Assembly: GCA_002269645.1 (NCBI GenBank)
Contig: NIVC01003093.1
Coordinates: forward strand, 229 to 64,228
DNA: 64,000 bases
Direction of reading: 5' to 3'
Origin: Macrostomum lignano
Taxonomy: Eukaryota
The notes beneath the pieces are model-generated. The model was not told where the DNA came from. It worked only from the letters and a program-made list of their open reading frames with translations, and made no database searches. Below are positions 60,798-64,000 of the stretch, piece by piece; the stretch's first letter is position 1, and each line of letters begins with the position of its first letter. The translations under genes and the position numbers were made by a program.

Positions 60798-61600
60798 TAT
60801 TGACTTCAAGATCAGCAAAAATCATTCATTTTATACTTTATTCATTTTAAATATCATTATTGTTAACTAAAAGGAATCTACATTAAAATGCCGGAAAAAA
60901 ATATAATAAAAGAATAGTATGAATCATAGATCCATAAGCATGTTATAAAGTTGTATAAGAATGCTTACTAAAAATAGTTTGGCCTGATCTATATAAGTAA
61001 AAACCTTATTAAGAAAGTATCCTTATTTCTATATTATGCAGTTGTTGGTGAAAATGTCAATTAATTAATTAAATCAGTTTTAATAAAATCAATTAATTAT
61101 CAATTTGTAATAGTCAACAAAGCAGATATGATTTTATCCTATATCTCTACTGGCAAAATTTTGAGTTTTGCTACAGCATAAAAGTATAAAGCAGCCAGGC
61201 TCAGACAGAAAATCAAAGTTTTGCCCATGGTTAATGTTAGATTTAAAAAATTAACAAAAATATGATAGATAATATCTCCTTTTAACTTTTTTAATATCTA
61301 AGTATAAGTGTGGTAGGGATCTTTGGATGTGTAATATTAGTTAAAATATCAATTATTAATTCATTTTTTAAATTCACTAGAATACATGCATAGGTGCCAA
61401 TTAATAAGGTACACTAATTACATTTCAGATACATTTTTACTTTGTTTTAATACATTGGAATATTCAATATAAATACAGCCTAGCACCAATTTGAATTTTC
61501 ACATTCCTATTTGGCCCAGGAATTGACTCCTATTTTTAGCTCTATATTGGCTTGTGTATAGCCCAGCCTAATTTATAGCAAACTAGTTGGATAATTAGCT

Positions 61601-62387
61601 ATTCCTTTTGTGGCCTAGTTGGTATTACAAGCTTTCAAGTTAATCATACATATGGAAATCAGGCTTGCAAGACTGAAAGATTTGTCTATGGTTCATATGT
61701 GTTGGTATAGCAGAGTTCAATTTAATCATAGGGGCATCAATTTGATCATTCTATGTTTTCAATGCATATTTTCATTGTCATTATAACTTGTTTTTAATTG
61801 GCTTGTTTTAATGAGCAATCTGGACAAGCTACTTGAAGAGGATGGCAGTGAGTAGAATTTTGGAACTGCAAATAATGACATTGACCAGCTAGCCTAAGTA
61901 CATTGCAGGTCAGTACAACAAGATTACTAATGAGAAGTAAAGTCTGATTGTCATTGCTTTAGGGTGCAATGATAGTCTTAGTCTACTGAAGTTTATTCCA
62001 GGGAAGTTTATGCTGCAAGGTTTATTCCAGGGAAGTTTATGTGGAGGTTTATTCCAGCCTGCATCGCCAAACAGCCAGTCACTCTAAACATTTTTTGACT
62101 TGATGATATCTAGTGCAAAAGTGTTTATTAATATTTGTTTATTGTGTCAAATTCTGTTTTCAGTTTTTTTTCAATGATAAGTAAACGACTTCTATTATAG
62201 CATTGGATACCTAACATTATATGAGTAGAATGATCAAATTGATACCCCCAAGATTAAATTAAACTCAGCTATACCAACATGTGTTGACCATAAACAGAAA
62301 ATATTTAGTCTCATAGTCACAAGCCTGATTTTTATATCAATGATTAAATTGAAAGCTTGCAGTATCAACTAGGCCACAAAAATGAAT
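61601..62387. mobile_element. Foldback/MITE-like element with about 155-bp degenerate terminal inverted repeats
   Basis: TTTTGTGGCCTAGTT..AAATCAGGCTTG..ATCAATTTGATCATTCTA (61601-61753) is mirrored by TAGAATGATCAAATTGAT..CAAGCCTGATTT..AACTAGGCCACAAAA (62226-62387). Confidence 0.75.
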
Positions 62388-62775
62388 AATAAAAGAAATT
62401 AAAATTGCAAATATAATATTTAAAATAAAATATAATAGTAGAATAATAGAATAATAGAAATATTGAATATGGTTATTGGTCATAAATGATCTGGAGTTTT
62501 GAAGTAATCAGAATAAGTTATAGTTATTAAACCAAGAATTCTATAGTGCTCTAATAGATTGTGCTAATAAGGCACAGGAGGCCAAGTATATATTTTTCTG
62601 TTTTTGTCAACTATTTTAATGTTAAAGTCTTTTAGCCAGTTGTAGCTCTGTTTATGTGCTAATTAACTAATTTCATTAATTATATGAATAATTATGATAA
62701 TATTAAAAATATGATATGATAATTATTTTAATTATATGTCAATAGCTAGGCCCTAACAATCATTGAAGAATCAAT

Positions 62776-63810
62776 TGTAACAACCGTTGTAAAGAATACC
62801 TCAGCTTGTGAAGTGTCTTTGTTGGTCTTTAATGTGTCTTTTTACAGCGAGGCATGCATAAAGCAGCAGTGCAATTTTCATGCAGAAAGAGCACAGCTTC
62901 TGAAAAAAACGGTTATATGATTTAAACAGCAACATCAAACAGAATTCGGTATATCTAGAAAATGTAACAACCGTTGCTAGGGAATATCTCAGCTTGTGAA
63001 GCGTCTTTGTGTGTGTCTGATGTGTCTTTTAAAGCAGAGACATGTGTAAAGTAGTAGTAGTAGTAGTTTTGGCTCAGGCTTAAGGAGGCCTGTTATGCCA
63101 GTATAAACCGATGTATCAATATTTAGTATTTATTCAAAAGGTTAAATTTTTTACACGATCGCTGAAAACGAGTTACGATATTGTATTAAGTAAGGTATTT
63201 GAAAGAGCGTCTGGAATTTTTTTACGGTTTTTTTTAGCCGATTAACGACTAACGATGGAACAACAAGATTCTAAGCAAGGAAAAATAGAAAATCGATGTT
63301 GTATATATATATATGACTTAATGCAAAACGATTCTTCTATAATGCGATTCAGACAAGGTAGTTAAATATTATTTTGTCAATATAACAAATATCTAGTATA
63401 ATTAAGGATTGTTCTCAATAATATGCGATTTTTGTAAAAAGATATAGTATTTTGAAAGCGCGTGATATTTCAAAGCGTGAAAAAAAGCTACTACTACCAC
63501 TACTACTACTACTACTACTAACTACTACTACTTTACACATGTCTCTGCTTTAAAAGACATATCAGACACACACAAAGACGCTTCACAAGCTGAGATATTC
63601 CCTAGCAACGGTTGTTACATTTTAAAGCAGCTGTGCAATTTTCATTCAGAAAGAGCAAAGTGCGACGATGTAGCGGCTCCTCAAAAAACGACCATATACG
63701 GTATTCGGTATATTGGGAAACGTCGTAACAACATTTGCTAGGGAATATCTCAGTTTGTGAAGCGTCTTTGTGTGTGTCTGGTGTGTCTTTTTAAAGCAGA
63801 GACATGCGTA
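62776..63810. repeat. About 190-bp tandem satellite (about 2.5 units) interrupted by an insertion with an inverted duplication
   Basis: The unit TGTAACAACCGTTGCTAGGGAATATCTCAGCTTGTGAAGCGTCTTTG.. starts near 62777, 62963 and 63725; 63531-63623 is the reverse complement of 62959-63051. Confidence 0.85.
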
Positions 63811-64000
63811 AAAAAGTCTAAAAATTTACATTTTTTGCGTACTAAATAGACAATTTTTGTTAAACATTTACTGAACAATTTCTGAATGTCTGAATGTCTG
63901 TCGGGAAACCAATACATGGCAGGAAGCCTGTTTGGCCAGTATACGTCAATGTATTTAAAAAAATTCATGAGTAGAAGGAAAACCTTATAAGTACTCGAGT

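Overview
Eukaryotic (animal) genomic DNA: GC-rich exons with spliceosomal introns, AT-rich intergenic DNA and about 25 minisatellite or microsatellite arrays, many inside introns. This style suggests a free-living flatworm such as Macrostomum, which is an inference only. Host genes reconstructed by hand: a turtle/IGSF9-like 5Ig+FN3 receptor (minus strand, runs off the left edge, three 1-bp frameshifts), UPF3 (2 exons), a stomatin (8 exons), a secreted class-3 lipase (3 exons), a SPATA6-family gene (2 exons), a GPI-type Ly6/uPAR protein (3 exons, probable GC-AG intron), an uncharacterised PAC1/PSMG1-like gene (2 exons) and a zinc-finger + SIM + SENP6/7-like PH-domain gene with no protease domain. 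Mobile DNA: an internally deleted, CpG-decayed Gypsy LTR element (11.7-19.6 kb), a MITE family with an 8-bp TSD, two CORE-type tRNA SINEs, a gag remnant, several hairpin/foldback elements, and two TG...CA-bounded units (3.8 kb and 2.3 kb). The larger unit carries its own promoter and an SPRR-rich basic ORF. Most long ORFs in the supplied track are translations of tandem repeats and were rejected. All coordinates, alignments and counts were made by eye.
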